Origin: Fibrobacterota bacterium
Lineage (GTDB): Bacteria > Fibrobacterota > Fibrobacteria > UBA5070
Reading direction: 5' to 3'
Length of the DNA: 44,394 nt
NCBI GenBank assembly: GCA_039798005.1
Contig: JBDKGV010000002.1
Location: forward strand, 1-44,394
Shown one piece after another: positions 24,274 to 33,519 of this stretch; positions within the stretch are counted from its first letter, which is position 1; each line of letters opens with the position of its first letter. The notes under the pieces were generated by a model. The model searched no databases and had not been told where the DNA came from. It was given only the letters and a program-made list of their open reading frames with translations. The translations under genes were made by a program, and so were the position numbers.

Positions 24274-25446
24274 GTGTTTCTTGATGAGAGCCGAATCCAG
24301 ATTCGGGCAGGTGCCGGCGGCAATGGCTGCGTGGGCTTCCGTAGAGAAAAGCACGTGGCCTTCGGTGGGCCGAATGGAGGAGACGGTGGTCGGGGCGGAC
24401 ACGTCCAACTGATCGCCGATCCTCAGATCCATACCTTGTACGATATCGGTCGCGTTCGTGTCTTCCGTGGTGGCCGTGGCCAGCATGGCATGGGCTCGAA
24501 CTGCTCCGGCAAGGGCGGAGACGATTGCATGGTCAAGGTGCCGATCGGCACCATGATCAAGGATGAGGAAGGCCGTCTGGTCTGTGACTTGAGTGCTGAA
24601 GGTCAGATCTTCACCGCAGCGCGCGGTGGCAAGGGTGGCTTGGGCAATCAGCACTTTGCGACCCCTCGGAACCAGGCGCCCAAGAAGGCCTATCCTGGTC
24701 AGGCCGGTGAAGACCGGACTCTGTATCTCGAGCTTCGCTTGGTGGCGGACGTGGGCTTGGTCGGTTACCCGAATGCAGGCAAGAGCTCGCTCTTGGCCTC
24801 CAGCACCCATGCTCACCCCCGCATCGCGGACTACCCCTTCACGACGCTTGAGCCGATCTTGGGCATCGTCCCGGTGGCGGATACTTCGTTTGTGATGGCG
24901 GACATCCCTGGCATCATCGAAGGTGCAGCTGGCGGCAAGGGTCTTGGGACCCGCTTCCTGCGCCATGTCGAGCGTACGCGCACGCTGCTTTTCGTGGTGG
25001 ATCCGTGGGATCCGGAAGGCAAGGAAGAGACCGATGAGGAACGCGCCCAGCGCGTGCGCCAGACGGTGCGCGTGTTGCGTCAGGAATTGCGCGAGTACCA
25101 TCCGCGACTGCTGGAAAAGCCGTGGCAGGTGGCCGTCAACAAGTGCGACCGTGGCATCCCGTTCCCGGCAACCATGGTTCCCTCCTGTCACTTCATCTCC
25201 ACGGCAAGCGGTATCGGTATCGTGGAAATGGCGCATGAGCTTCTGGCCAGCATCAAGCGCATGGGGCAAGCCCCGGCGCCGATCGATCCGGAAGGCGTTC
25301 CGGAGCATCTTCGTCCGCGTACGGACGAGGTGGTCTTGGACGACGAAGATGAGCACCTGCCTGAGGAACTCGATGAGGACGACATCGTGATCGATGACGA
25401 GGATGCTGTCGAGGAGGATGGCACAAGCTTGGACAACGAGAAGTAG
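24274..25446 (+). CDS. obgE: GTPase ObgE/CgtA
   Basis: Gly-rich Obg domain, GYPNAGKS, YPFTT, DIPGII, NKCD; acidic tail. Confidence 0.96.
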   Translation: MFLDESRIQIRAGAGGNGCVGFRREKHVAFGGPNGGDGGRGGHVQLIADPQIHTLYDIGRVRVFRGGRGQHGMGSNCSGKGGDDCMVKVPIGTMIKDEEGRLVCDLSAEGQIFTAARGGKGGLGNQHFATPRNQAPKKAYPGQAGEDRTLYLELRLVADVGLVGYPNAGKSSLLASSTHAHPRIADYPFTTLEPILGIVPVADTSFVMADIPGIIEGAAGGKGLGTRFLRHVERTRTLLFVVDPWDPEGKEETDEERAQRVRQTVRVLRQELREYHPRLLEKPWQVAVNKCDRGIPFPATMVPSCHFISTASGIGIVEMAHELLASIKRMGQAPAPIDPEGVPEHLRPRTDEVVLDDEDEHLPEELDEDDIVIDDEDAVEEDGTSLDNEK

Positions 25447-25470
25447 GCTTTCGCCGGCACTCGATTCAAA

Positions 25471-25500
25471 GGCCATCCGCAGTGCGGATGGTTTTTTTGT
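25471..25500 (+). terminator. Intrinsic terminator after obgE
   Basis: CCATCCGC-AGT-GCGGATGG followed by TTTTTTT. Confidence 0.85.
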
Positions 25501-25741
25501 TGGTCTTGGGCAATGCGGCGATCTCCGGAATTTTTGAGAAAAGACCCAGATCCGGCGGGAATCGCTGGCATTGGCGGTTTACTAATATGTAGAGTCGTTC
25601 CTAGTCAGCCATGTTCAGGGATCATGGCTGCAAATGGTGTCAACAGGAAGTGTCAATGGCGATTTACAACGAGGGAGCGTCGGTGCGCAATCTGGCTCTG
25701 ATGCGTGCTCCTGCCCAATACTTGAATAGCAAGGATTTTCG

Positions 25742-26584
25742 ATGACAAGCCAAGCACCAGCGAAGGATGTCACCTTCGAGATCAGTGCCAAGGACCCTGG
25801 GCTTTTTGAGGTTGTCAAAGAGCTGATGGGGGCCACCAATTTGGTCTTCGCCTTGGCGCGTCGACAGATCTCTGTTCGATATGCCCAGACTGTATTCGGA
25901 GCGTTCTGGGTCCTGATCCAGCCTTTGTTTACAGTCCTGCTCTATTCACTGGTTTTTGGCATGTTTGTAAAGGTGCCTACCGCAGGGATTCCTTATCCTC
26001 TTTTTGCTCTTTCGGGCATGATTGCTTGGGGTCTTTTTTCTCAGGCGATGGAACGATCTTCCATCAGCATTATCCAAGATGAACGGATGATTACGAAGGT
26101 TTATTTTCCTCGGCTTGCTTTGCCATTATCGGCGGCATTGTCCACACTGGTGGACTTTTCCGTATCTCTGATTGTTCTGTTGCCGGTTGCTTGGATTTAC
26201 GGGTATTCGACGGGGCCAATGCTTTTGGTGGGTGTGCTTGGGCTTGTTCCGCTATTTGTTTGTGCCTTGTCGGCAGGGATGCTGCTCGCGAGCTTGAATA
26301 TTCGCTGGCGTGATTTGCGGCAGGTGGCTCCGTTCTTTACGCAAATTCTAGTCTGGGCCAGCCCTGTTGCTTGGCCGATAGAAGTCGCACCACCCCAATG
26401 GCAGACGCTTTTGCTGTGGAATCCACTGACCCCGCCAATTTTGCTCTTCCGCTCATGTGTTACAGGGGCAGCCGCGCCGCCAGCATGGTCACTGGTAACA
26501 TCTCTCATCACTTCATTGCTTGTCGCCATGCTTGCCTTTCAGGTCTTTCGCAGGGTCGAGCGCAACTTCGCGGATTACATCTGA
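25742..26584 (+). CDS. wzm: Polysaccharide ABC transporter permease
   Basis: RYAQTVFGAFWVLIQP, ITKVYFPR, RDLRQ, SPVAWP, WNP, FRRVERNFADYI. Confidence 0.92.
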   Translation: MTSQAPAKDVTFEISAKDPGLFEVVKELMGATNLVFALARRQISVRYAQTVFGAFWVLIQPLFTVLLYSLVFGMFVKVPTAGIPYPLFALSGMIAWGLFSQAMERSSISIIQDERMITKVYFPRLALPLSAALSTLVDFSVSLIVLLPVAWIYGYSTGPMLLVGVLGLVPLFVCALSAGMLLASLNIRWRDLRQVAPFFTQILVWASPVAWPIEVAPPQWQTLLLWNPLTPPILLFRSCVTGAAAPPAWSLVTSLITSLLVAMLAFQVFRRVERNFADYI

Positions 26585-27849
26585 TGAAACCTTCGATCGA
26601 AGTTCGTGGACTCTCCAAGCATTACCGCATTCGGCAGTCTGAAACTGGCCAATATGGATCGGATCTTTCAGACGACTTCACGCGTTTCTTTAGTGCCTTG
26701 GCCAAAGGGCGTTTGCCGCGCAGCAAGATGGTTGACTTTCAAGCGCTCGAAGACGTGTCGTTCGACATCATGCCAGGCGAGAGCGTTGGGCTGGTTGGAA
26801 AGAATGGTGCGGGCAAGTCAACCTTGCTGAAGATCCTGGCGAGAGTGGTCAGACCGACGAAGGGATCGGTACTGCTGCGTGGGCGTGTAGGTTCTCTCCT
26901 TGAGGTCGGAACAGGATTCCATCCTGATCTGACGGGTCGGGACAACGTGTATCTTGCGGGTGCGATCCTTGGGATGCCTCGTGTGGAAATCAATCGCAAA
27001 TTCGAAGAGATCGTGGAGTTTGCCGATGTCGCGGCCTTTCTAGATACCCCCGTCAAACGTTACTCCAGCGGCATGTACACGCGGCTGGCATTCTCAGTGG
27101 CCGCAAACTTGGATTCGGATATTCTACTGGTGGACGAAGTGCTTGCAGTTGGCGATGCGGCTTTCCAACGCAAATGCTTGGGCAAGATGGATGACGTTGC
27201 GCGTACGGGCCGTACGGTGGTCTTTGTCAGTCACAGCGCAAGTGCCGTATTGCGATTGTGCAAGTCGGCGCTCTTGTTGACTTCGGGGCGTTTGGTGGAT
27301 CAAGGGCCGGCGGAGCAGATTCTTGCGCGTTACGCCAGTGATGCTGATGCGGCAACGAACAAGAGCCAATGGATCGCTCCGGAAGGGATGGATGAAGATC
27401 CTGTTTTCGAGCCGATATCGGTGACGCTTTCGGACGCGAAGGGCGAGCTTCTGCAGGATTCGATCTTGGTTTCGGAACAAGCCTATCTGGATGTGCGGTT
27501 CAGAATTAAAAAGCCGGATCCAGGCGTGTTGATTGGATTGTCCCTGTACAGCGAGGATGGTACCCAACTCCTTCGCAGCTTCCATTCTGATGCCATACCT
27601 GGCATCCCGCATGCGCTTGAATCCGGATCCCATTGTTTGCGTTGTCCGCTGCCAGCAGGTCTGCTGAACGAAGGCCGGTACCGGGTCGAGCTTGTTGTAT
27701 GGATCGGGAACCGGGAATATTTCACCGGAGGACGAAATCCAGCGCTGTCCTTTATGGTCGAAGGGGGATTCAGTGAATCGGCTTTCTGGCGAGACAAGAG
27801 AAGTGGGCTATTGGCTCCGACCCTGCGCTGGGAGCAGGTGAGGGCATGA
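26584..27849 (+). CDS. wzt: Polysaccharide ABC transporter ATPase with a C-terminal Wzt_C domain
   Basis: GKNGAGKST, YSSGM, LLVDEVLAVGD, VSHS; about 170-aa Ig-like C-terminal extension; ATG overlaps the wzm stop. Confidence 0.93.
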   Translation: MKPSIEVRGLSKHYRIRQSETGQYGSDLSDDFTRFFSALAKGRLPRSKMVDFQALEDVSFDIMPGESVGLVGKNGAGKSTLLKILARVVRPTKGSVLLRGRVGSLLEVGTGFHPDLTGRDNVYLAGAILGMPRVEINRKFEEIVEFADVAAFLDTPVKRYSSGMYTRLAFSVAANLDSDILLVDEVLAVGDAAFQRKCLGKMDDVARTGRTVVFVSHSASAVLRLCKSALLLTSGRLVDQGPAEQILARYASDADAATNKSQWIAPEGMDEDPVFEPISVTLSDAKGELLQDSILVSEQAYLDVRFRIKKPDPGVLIGLSLYSEDGTQLLRSFHSDAIPGIPHALESGSHCLRCPLPAGLLNEGRYRVELVVWIGNREYFTGGRNPALSFMVEGGFSESAFWRDKRSGLLAPTLRWEQVRA

Positions 27850-29597
27850 TCGGAGACATCCCCTCCAGAATTCTCGCCTTCTGTGCGATGGAGACCCGAG
27901 TCGACCCGGTGCGACAGATTGCCGCGACCTCAGCCTTGGAGGCCTTGGCCAAACGTTGGGGCATGGACGTCGTCAAGATGGAACGGTTTGGATGGGTGGT
28001 CCACCTTGTCTGCCAAGGCGTCATCGGACCGGTGGAAGGTTCGTTCCTGATCGGTCCGAATCTCCCTTGCAACGACCCTGAACGTGACAGGCACTTGAAG
28101 CTTGAGCTGCTGCTTGGTGGATTGTCCACATCGACAGACTACACGGGCTCGGTTCCCGTCTTCTATTCCTCGAGAGGGGGCTGGGTCGTCTCGAATATCG
28201 AGCCTGCGACGGTGCTTGGGTCGGGAACGACTGCCGCCGATCTGTCGAAGACCAATCTGTTCGGACTTCTCCAGTTTTCCCATTTCATTTGGGATGAGAC
28301 GCTTTATTCCCACGTATTCCAGCAATTGCCGGATTCCCGGTTCCACTTCCGGGACGGTGTCGGCGCACCCGAGACCCGTGCCCTTTCCCGACTCAAGACG
28401 GAACGGACAAGGGCTGGGCACTCCATTGAAAAGGTGGCCACCGAACTGGCCGAACTCAATCGCGAGTTGGTGGTCTCCGCGCTGTCCCCGCACTCGGAAA
28501 TCGTATTGCCTCTGTCAGGAGGGTACGACTCACGAATGATCCTTGTGGCCGCCGCTGCGGAACCGGCTCTGCGAGATCGACTCCGATGCTTCACCTACGG
28601 CCCGAAGGGCTCGCTGGAGGTCCAGGCCGCCAAGCAGCTGGCCAAGGCCTACCGAGTGGATTGGCAGCATTGGGAGTTGCCATGCCGTTTTCTTGAACGG
28701 GAATACCTTGAGTCCATCGGAGAGATATTCGGCGGATCTCTGCATTTCCATGGAATGTACCAGCTTGAATTCGTGATGGGGATTCGCAAGGAGTTGAAGC
28801 ATCGCAATGCGGTGCTTACTTCGGGCTACATGACCGGGGTGCCTGCAGGTCAGCATATTTCCTTGATGATGCGAGGCGGCAATCCTTCCCTGTTTGCCAT
28901 GTTCAATCGCTTCGGACAGAGCAAGCTTTGGCCGGCGGACCGCTTGGAGCGGGAATTCCATGGGCTGTCCGTTGATATGATCGAGCACTTGGAGAACAAG
29001 CTTTCTCAAGCATTCAATTTTGTGGATGGCAACGATCTGCAAAAGAGCGTGGTCTGCGACGTGATGACTCGACAGAGGAATTTCATCTCGTACTACCCTC
29101 GGACGATTGAATGGGCGATGCCTCATATCGCTCCGCATATGAATCCGGAATACGCGAACTTTTTCCTTTCGCTCAGCGATGAAGCCTTGCATGACCGCCG
29201 CTGCGTCGAGGAAATGTTCCTGCGGCATTACCCAGCTGCCGCAAACGTCTTCTCAAACAGCAATGGGCTTCGAAGCATTGCAAGTCAATGGGATGCAAGA
29301 TTGCTGGGTTTAGGTCAACGGATGAAGAATGCGGGATTGGGCAGGTTGGTCCCGGAAAGGTGGAAGAACGATCCCTTGGAATTGGACGGCAAGGCGATGA
29401 GTTTGACTGGCCTCGACGGGCTGTGGCCTCTTGCTGAGGTGATCGACAGTGGTGCGATTGATTCGTTGGTCGATCCGGCCCTTTGCCGTGAATGGCTGGA
29501 TGCCGCATGCCGAGGGGACGTGGCGATGTACGATCGCTTGGTTCGATTGCAAGCCCTTGCTTGGAGCTTGGAGTCGTTGAGACGCGCGAATGCCTGA
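27846..29597 (+). CDS. Asparagine synthetase-like (PP-loop) protein without the catalytic N-terminal Cys
   Basis: LPLSGGYDSR, CFTYG, upstream TDYTGSVPVFY; no Cys at position 2. Confidence 0.75.
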   Translation: MIGDIPSRILAFCAMETRVDPVRQIAATSALEALAKRWGMDVVKMERFGWVVHLVCQGVIGPVEGSFLIGPNLPCNDPERDRHLKLELLLGGLSTSTDYTGSVPVFYSSRGGWVVSNIEPATVLGSGTTAADLSKTNLFGLLQFSHFIWDETLYSHVFQQLPDSRFHFRDGVGAPETRALSRLKTERTRAGHSIEKVATELAELNRELVVSALSPHSEIVLPLSGGYDSRMILVAAAAEPALRDRLRCFTYGPKGSLEVQAAKQLAKAYRVDWQHWELPCRFLEREYLESIGEIFGGSLHFHGMYQLEFVMGIRKELKHRNAVLTSGYMTGVPAGQHISLMMRGGNPSLFAMFNRFGQSKLWPADRLEREFHGLSVDMIEHLENKLSQAFNFVDGNDLQKSVVCDVMTRQRNFISYYPRTIEWAMPHIAPHMNPEYANFFLSLSDEALHDRRCVEEMFLRHYPAAANVFSNSNGLRSIASQWDARLLGLGQRMKNAGLGRLVPERWKNDPLELDGKAMSLTGLDGLWPLAEVIDSGAIDSLVDPALCREWLDAACRGDVAMYDRLVRLQALAWSLESLRRANA

Positions 29598-30765
29598 AGG
29601 TCGCATGTATTTCGTGGGGGATATCCACGCTCCGCACGGAGTTGCCGTGGAAGACCTGCCGAGACTTTCCGAGGATCTCCTCGCCAAGTTTCGCGATGCC
29701 GCATTGGTCTGCGGAAATTTCGAAGCTCCGATGGGAGAGATGCGCGATCATCGCCCGGTGAAGGCGGGGCCGAGGATTCGGCAAGATGAACGACTGGCGG
29801 CGATCTTCCGCAAATCCGGCTTCACTGCGATGAACCTCGCGAACAACCATGTGCTTGACCTCGGGCCTCAAGTGTTCGAGGCGACATGGAAATCGCTGCA
29901 GGAATTGGGTCTCCTGACCTTGGGGGAAGGGCGAACTCCAGCCGAGGCCTTGGCCGTGCGGGAGGTGTCTGTGGCCGGGCAGAAAGTGGCATTGATTGCT
30001 TGCGCCGAGGCGGAGTTTGGCATCCTGCGCACAACGACCCGTCCGCGACCGGGGGTTGGCTGGATGTTGGATCCGTCGCTTCCGGAAATCATCGAGGAAG
30101 CGGCCCGGAGGTGCGATCTGGTCGTTGTCCAGTGCCACGCCGGTGTCGAGGAGGAGACCCTTCCGCTGCCTGAGCTTCGGGAACTGTACCGCAGCTGGAT
30201 CCGCGCGGGGGCGGATTACGTGATCGCCCATCACCCGCACATCGTTCAGGGATGGGAGCGGTACCGGGAAGGAGAGATCTTCTTCAGTCTGGGGAACTTC
30301 TACTTCCATCATCCGGACATGCCACGCGAAGGTGGATCTTGGAACCAAGGCTTGATGGTCGAGCTGAGATATGGTGGCTCCAGTTGGTCGGCAATTCCCC
30401 ATTTCATCCAGCGGCGCGGGGCCGATCTTGGGATCGATGATTCCGGTGAAGGTGCGCGCGCATTTGCTGCGGCCACGCAAAGCTTGGGCGGAGGCTATCT
30501 GGAGGCGTGTGATCGCCTGTGCTTGGATCTTTGGGAGACTCGATACAAGCACTATTACGAAGGCAGCTTCGGGGCGCAGGGCGGGCGCTCGCTGTTCAAC
30601 AGGATCCTTGCGGTGGCAAAACCGAGCCGATTTAATCGTACCATTCTTTCAGATCGGATTTTATTGATGCACAATGTGCGCATTGAGTCGCATCGTTGGG
30701 TTGTTGAAAGAGCTCTGACCCTGCTGCATGAAGACGATATGGCACGCGTTTGGCCTGCCTCATGA
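29590..30765 (+). CDS. CapA/PGA_cap family metallophosphoesterase-like protein
   Basis: VGDI, GNFEAP, NLANNHVLDLG, HAGVE, IAHHPHIVQG, FSLGNF. Confidence 0.88.
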   Translation: MPEGRMYFVGDIHAPHGVAVEDLPRLSEDLLAKFRDAALVCGNFEAPMGEMRDHRPVKAGPRIRQDERLAAIFRKSGFTAMNLANNHVLDLGPQVFEATWKSLQELGLLTLGEGRTPAEALAVREVSVAGQKVALIACAEAEFGILRTTTRPRPGVGWMLDPSLPEIIEEAARRCDLVVVQCHAGVEEETLPLPELRELYRSWIRAGADYVIAHHPHIVQGWERYREGEIFFSLGNFYFHHPDMPREGGSWNQGLMVELRYGGSSWSAIPHFIQRRGADLGIDDSGEGARAFAAATQSLGGGYLEACDRLCLDLWETRYKHYYEGSFGAQGGRSLFNRILAVAKPSRFNRTILSDRILLMHNVRIESHRWVVERALTLLHEDDMARVWPAS

Positions 30766-31697
30766 GCTCGGATTTTCCTGTCGAAAAAGCCAATGCAAAA
30801 TTTGCCCCGATCGCATTGTTTGCATATCAGCGACCGGATCATCTTGCTCGTGCAATCGCGTCATTGCTGCAAAATCCAGAGGCTTCATCCTCGGACTTGT
30901 ATGTGTTTTCGGATGGTCCGAAATCTGAGGCGCATCGCCCAGGTGTTGAAGCGGTCCGAAGTTTGTTAAAAAATATCACAGGATTTCGTAGCGTCACCAT
31001 CACGGAACGGGAGGAAAATCTTGGTCTCGCGAATTCAATCATTCGCGGTGTGACTTCCGTTGTGAATGAATATGGGCAAATCATTGTACTGGAAGATGAC
31101 TTGATCGTTTCTCGAAATTTTCTTGCATTTATGAATGACGGTTTGAATCGTTATCGAGAAAATGAAAATGTTGCCTCAATTCACGGTTATTGTTACCCGC
31201 TCGAAGACAAGAGTCTACCAGACACGTTTTTCATTCGAGGGGCCGATTGCTGGGGCTGGGCGACTTGGAAGGAATCATGGCAGGAGTTCGAGGCGGACGG
31301 CAGATTGTTGCTCGAACGTCTCGAATCAGGTCGCCATTGTGACGATTTCGACTTTGGTGGCTCCTTTCCATACGTGAATATGCTCAAGGATCAGATCGCG
31401 GGCAAGAACGATTCATGGGCAATCCGCTGGTACGCATCGGCATACTTGAATGCTCGATTGACCCTGTATCCGAGGGAGTCATTGACCGAGAACATCGGGC
31501 TGGACGGATCAGGATCGCACTGCCAACCCAGTGATCAGTACGGCAACATGACTGCGACGGTGGGAGACCGGCGATGGCCTGAAAGCTGTGAGGAGAATCC
31601 GCGGGCTCGTCGCGAGTTTTCCCGCTTCTTTGACAAACAGTCCGGTATTGGCCAGCTTGGCAGATGGTTGCGTTTCCTTCGTCGCAAAATAGGTTAA
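30762..31697 (+). CDS. GT-A fold glycosyltransferase (GT2-like)
   Basis: PIALFAYQRP, VFSDG, NLGLANSI, IVLEDD, CWGWATW, NIGLDGSG. Confidence 0.87.
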   Translation: MSSDFPVEKANAKFAPIALFAYQRPDHLARAIASLLQNPEASSSDLYVFSDGPKSEAHRPGVEAVRSLLKNITGFRSVTITEREENLGLANSIIRGVTSVVNEYGQIIVLEDDLIVSRNFLAFMNDGLNRYRENENVASIHGYCYPLEDKSLPDTFFIRGADCWGWATWKESWQEFEADGRLLLERLESGRHCDDFDFGGSFPYVNMLKDQIAGKNDSWAIRWYASAYLNARLTLYPRESLTENIGLDGSGSHCQPSDQYGNMTATVGDRRWPESCEENPRARREFSRFFDKQSGIGQLGRWLRFLRRKIG

Positions 31698-31701
31698 ATA
31701 T

Positions 31702-32535
31702 ATGGCCGGGAATGATGGATTCATGAAAATCGCAGGCCGTGTCGTTCGCAGGGCATTGGGTATCCGATCCCTTCCGATTCCTGTCGTGGAATGGTCGGGT
31801 GACCACGCGACGTGGCAGGAGGCGGCGAGTTGCTGCACTTCCTACGACTCGGACTCGATCTTCACGAAGGTGCTGGAGGCGACGCGCAAGGTCGAATCCG
31901 GAGAGGCGGTGTATGAGAGGGACTCGTTTCTTTTCGATACGATCGAGTACACTTGGTCCCTGCTTTCGACTCTGATGTGGGTGCATGCGCTAGAGGATCG
32001 ACTCGATGTGGTTGATTTCGGGGGCAGTCTGGGAAGTTCATACCGGCAGAATCGAAAGTTCCTGGCTCCCTTGGAAAGGGTGGAATGGAAGGTTGTTGAG
32101 CAGTCGCATTTTGTGAAGGCCGGTCTTGCCGAATTCGAGACCTCGCAGTTGAGGTTTCGTGGTTCCATTGCCGAATGCGGCGAGCCGAACTTGGTCTTGT
32201 TGCTCAGCGTGCTGTGCTACCTTGAGAACCCTTGGCCGGTGCTCGAGGAGATTGATCGATCCACTGCCCGCTACATCCTGCTCAACAGAACCCCGTTTCA
32301 CGAGGGCAACAAGGATATCATTTCCATCCAGACGATTCGACCTCCGATTTACGACGCGAGCTACCCTTGCTGGCTGTTTTCGCGTCCGAATTTCGAGGCG
32401 CGCATGGCGCAGAATGGATGGACGATGGTAGAGTCATGGGCATCGGACATCCAACCGGATCCGAAGTGCGAACACCGCGACTATCTCTTCAGGAGAACCG
32501 GTCCAAAGTCGAGTCCAATGGAGGAGCCCGCATGA
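31702..32535 (+). CDS. SAM-dependent methyltransferase, TIGR04325 family
   Basis: YERDSFLF, VVDFGGSLGSSY, WKVVEQSHFVKAG, IYDASYPCW. Confidence 0.85.
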   Translation: MAGNDGFMKIAGRVVRRALGIRSLPIPVVEWSGDHATWQEAASCCTSYDSDSIFTKVLEATRKVESGEAVYERDSFLFDTIEYTWSLLSTLMWVHALEDRLDVVDFGGSLGSSYRQNRKFLAPLERVEWKVVEQSHFVKAGLAEFETSQLRFRGSIAECGEPNLVLLLSVLCYLENPWPVLEEIDRSTARYILLNRTPFHEGNKDIISIQTIRPPIYDASYPCWLFSRPNFEARMAQNGWTMVESWASDIQPDPKCEHRDYLFRRTGPKSSPMEEPA

Positions 32536-33518
32536 GTTTTCGAGATTCTGAGATCCTGATCACCGGTGGCCTTGGCTTCATCGGCTCGAGTCTTGCCCGT
32601 CGCCTAGTTGGGATGGGTGCCAAGGTGACCATCGTGGACAGTCTGATTCCTCTGTTTGGTGGCAATCTGGCCAACATCGCCGATTTCCGCGACAAGGTCC
32701 AAGTCAACATCTCTGACGTGCGCGATCCCCACGCCATGGCCTACCTGATCAAGGGCAAGGACTACCTGTTCAACCTGGCAGGGCAGACGAGTCACATGGA
32801 CTCGATGACGGATCCGTTTACGGATCTCGAGATCAATTCAACCTCCCAGCTTTCGATCCTGGAAGCGGCGCGCAAGCACAACCCGACGATCAGGGTGGTC
32901 TTCGCCTCCACACGGCAGATCTACGGGAAACCTCAGTACCTTCCGGTGGACGAGAAGCACCCGATCGTCCCGGTTGATGTGAACGGCATCAACAAGGTGG
33001 CTGGCGAGGGATACCATGTGCTGTACAGCAAGGTTTACGGAATCCCTTGCTCCGCTCTTCGCTTGACGAACACCTATGGGCCCGGGATGCGTGTGAAGGA
33101 CGCGCGGCAAACCTTCTTGGGGATATGGGTCAAGAACCTGCTGAAGGGTGATCCCATCAAGGTGTTCGGTGACGGTTTGCAGCTGCGTGACTTCAATTAC
33201 GTGGATGACGCTGTCGATGCCTTCTTGGCCTGTGCGACCCGCGATGAGGCCATCGGACAAGTGATGAACCTGGGAAGTTCCGAGGTGATCAATCTCAAGG
33301 ACCTTGCGGATCTTGTGGTGAAGACCGGCGGGACGGGCAGTTGGGAGCTGATTCCCTTCCCCCCTGAGCGCAAGGCCATCGATATCGGGGATTACTACTC
33401 GGATTATGCCATGGCGCAGCGGGTCCTTGGTTGGGAGCCCAAGGTGGGCTTGGCCGAAGGACTTGATCGGACGCTCGAATACTACCGCGCCCATGGCTCG
33501 GACTACTGGGAGAACTGA
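32532..33518 (+). CDS. NAD-dependent epimerase/dehydratase
   Basis: ITGGLGFIGS, FNLAGQ, ASTRQIYG, RLTNTYGP, RDFNYVDD. Confidence 0.92.
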   Translation: MSFRDSEILITGGLGFIGSSLARRLVGMGAKVTIVDSLIPLFGGNLANIADFRDKVQVNISDVRDPHAMAYLIKGKDYLFNLAGQTSHMDSMTDPFTDLEINSTSQLSILEAARKHNPTIRVVFASTRQIYGKPQYLPVDEKHPIVPVDVNGINKVAGEGYHVLYSKVYGIPCSALRLTNTYGPGMRVKDARQTFLGIWVKNLLKGDPIKVFGDGLQLRDFNYVDDAVDAFLACATRDEAIGQVMNLGSSEVINLKDLADLVVKTGGTGSWELIPFPPERKAIDIGDYYSDYAMAQRVLGWEPKVGLAEGLDRTLEYYRAHGSDYWEN

Positions 33519-33519
33519 C

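Noticed and set aside
25340-25446. Acidic low-complexity ObgE tail as a novel domain
   Set aside because: Acidic disordered C-termini are well known in Obg proteins.
22402-25476. 1024-aa minus-strand ORF, and similar long antisense ORFs at 16117-18165, 20227-22203 and 14543-15700
   Set aside because: Mirror frames of well-supported genes, as expected with high GC3; no recognisable domains.
25570-25590. Possible ops/JUMPstart element upstream of wzm
   Set aside because: GGCGGTTT does not match the GGCGGTAG consensus.
29590-30765. Poly-gamma-glutamate capsule synthesis
   Set aside because: Only a CapA-like gene is present; there is no capB/capC ligase, and the context is a sugar-polymer locus.
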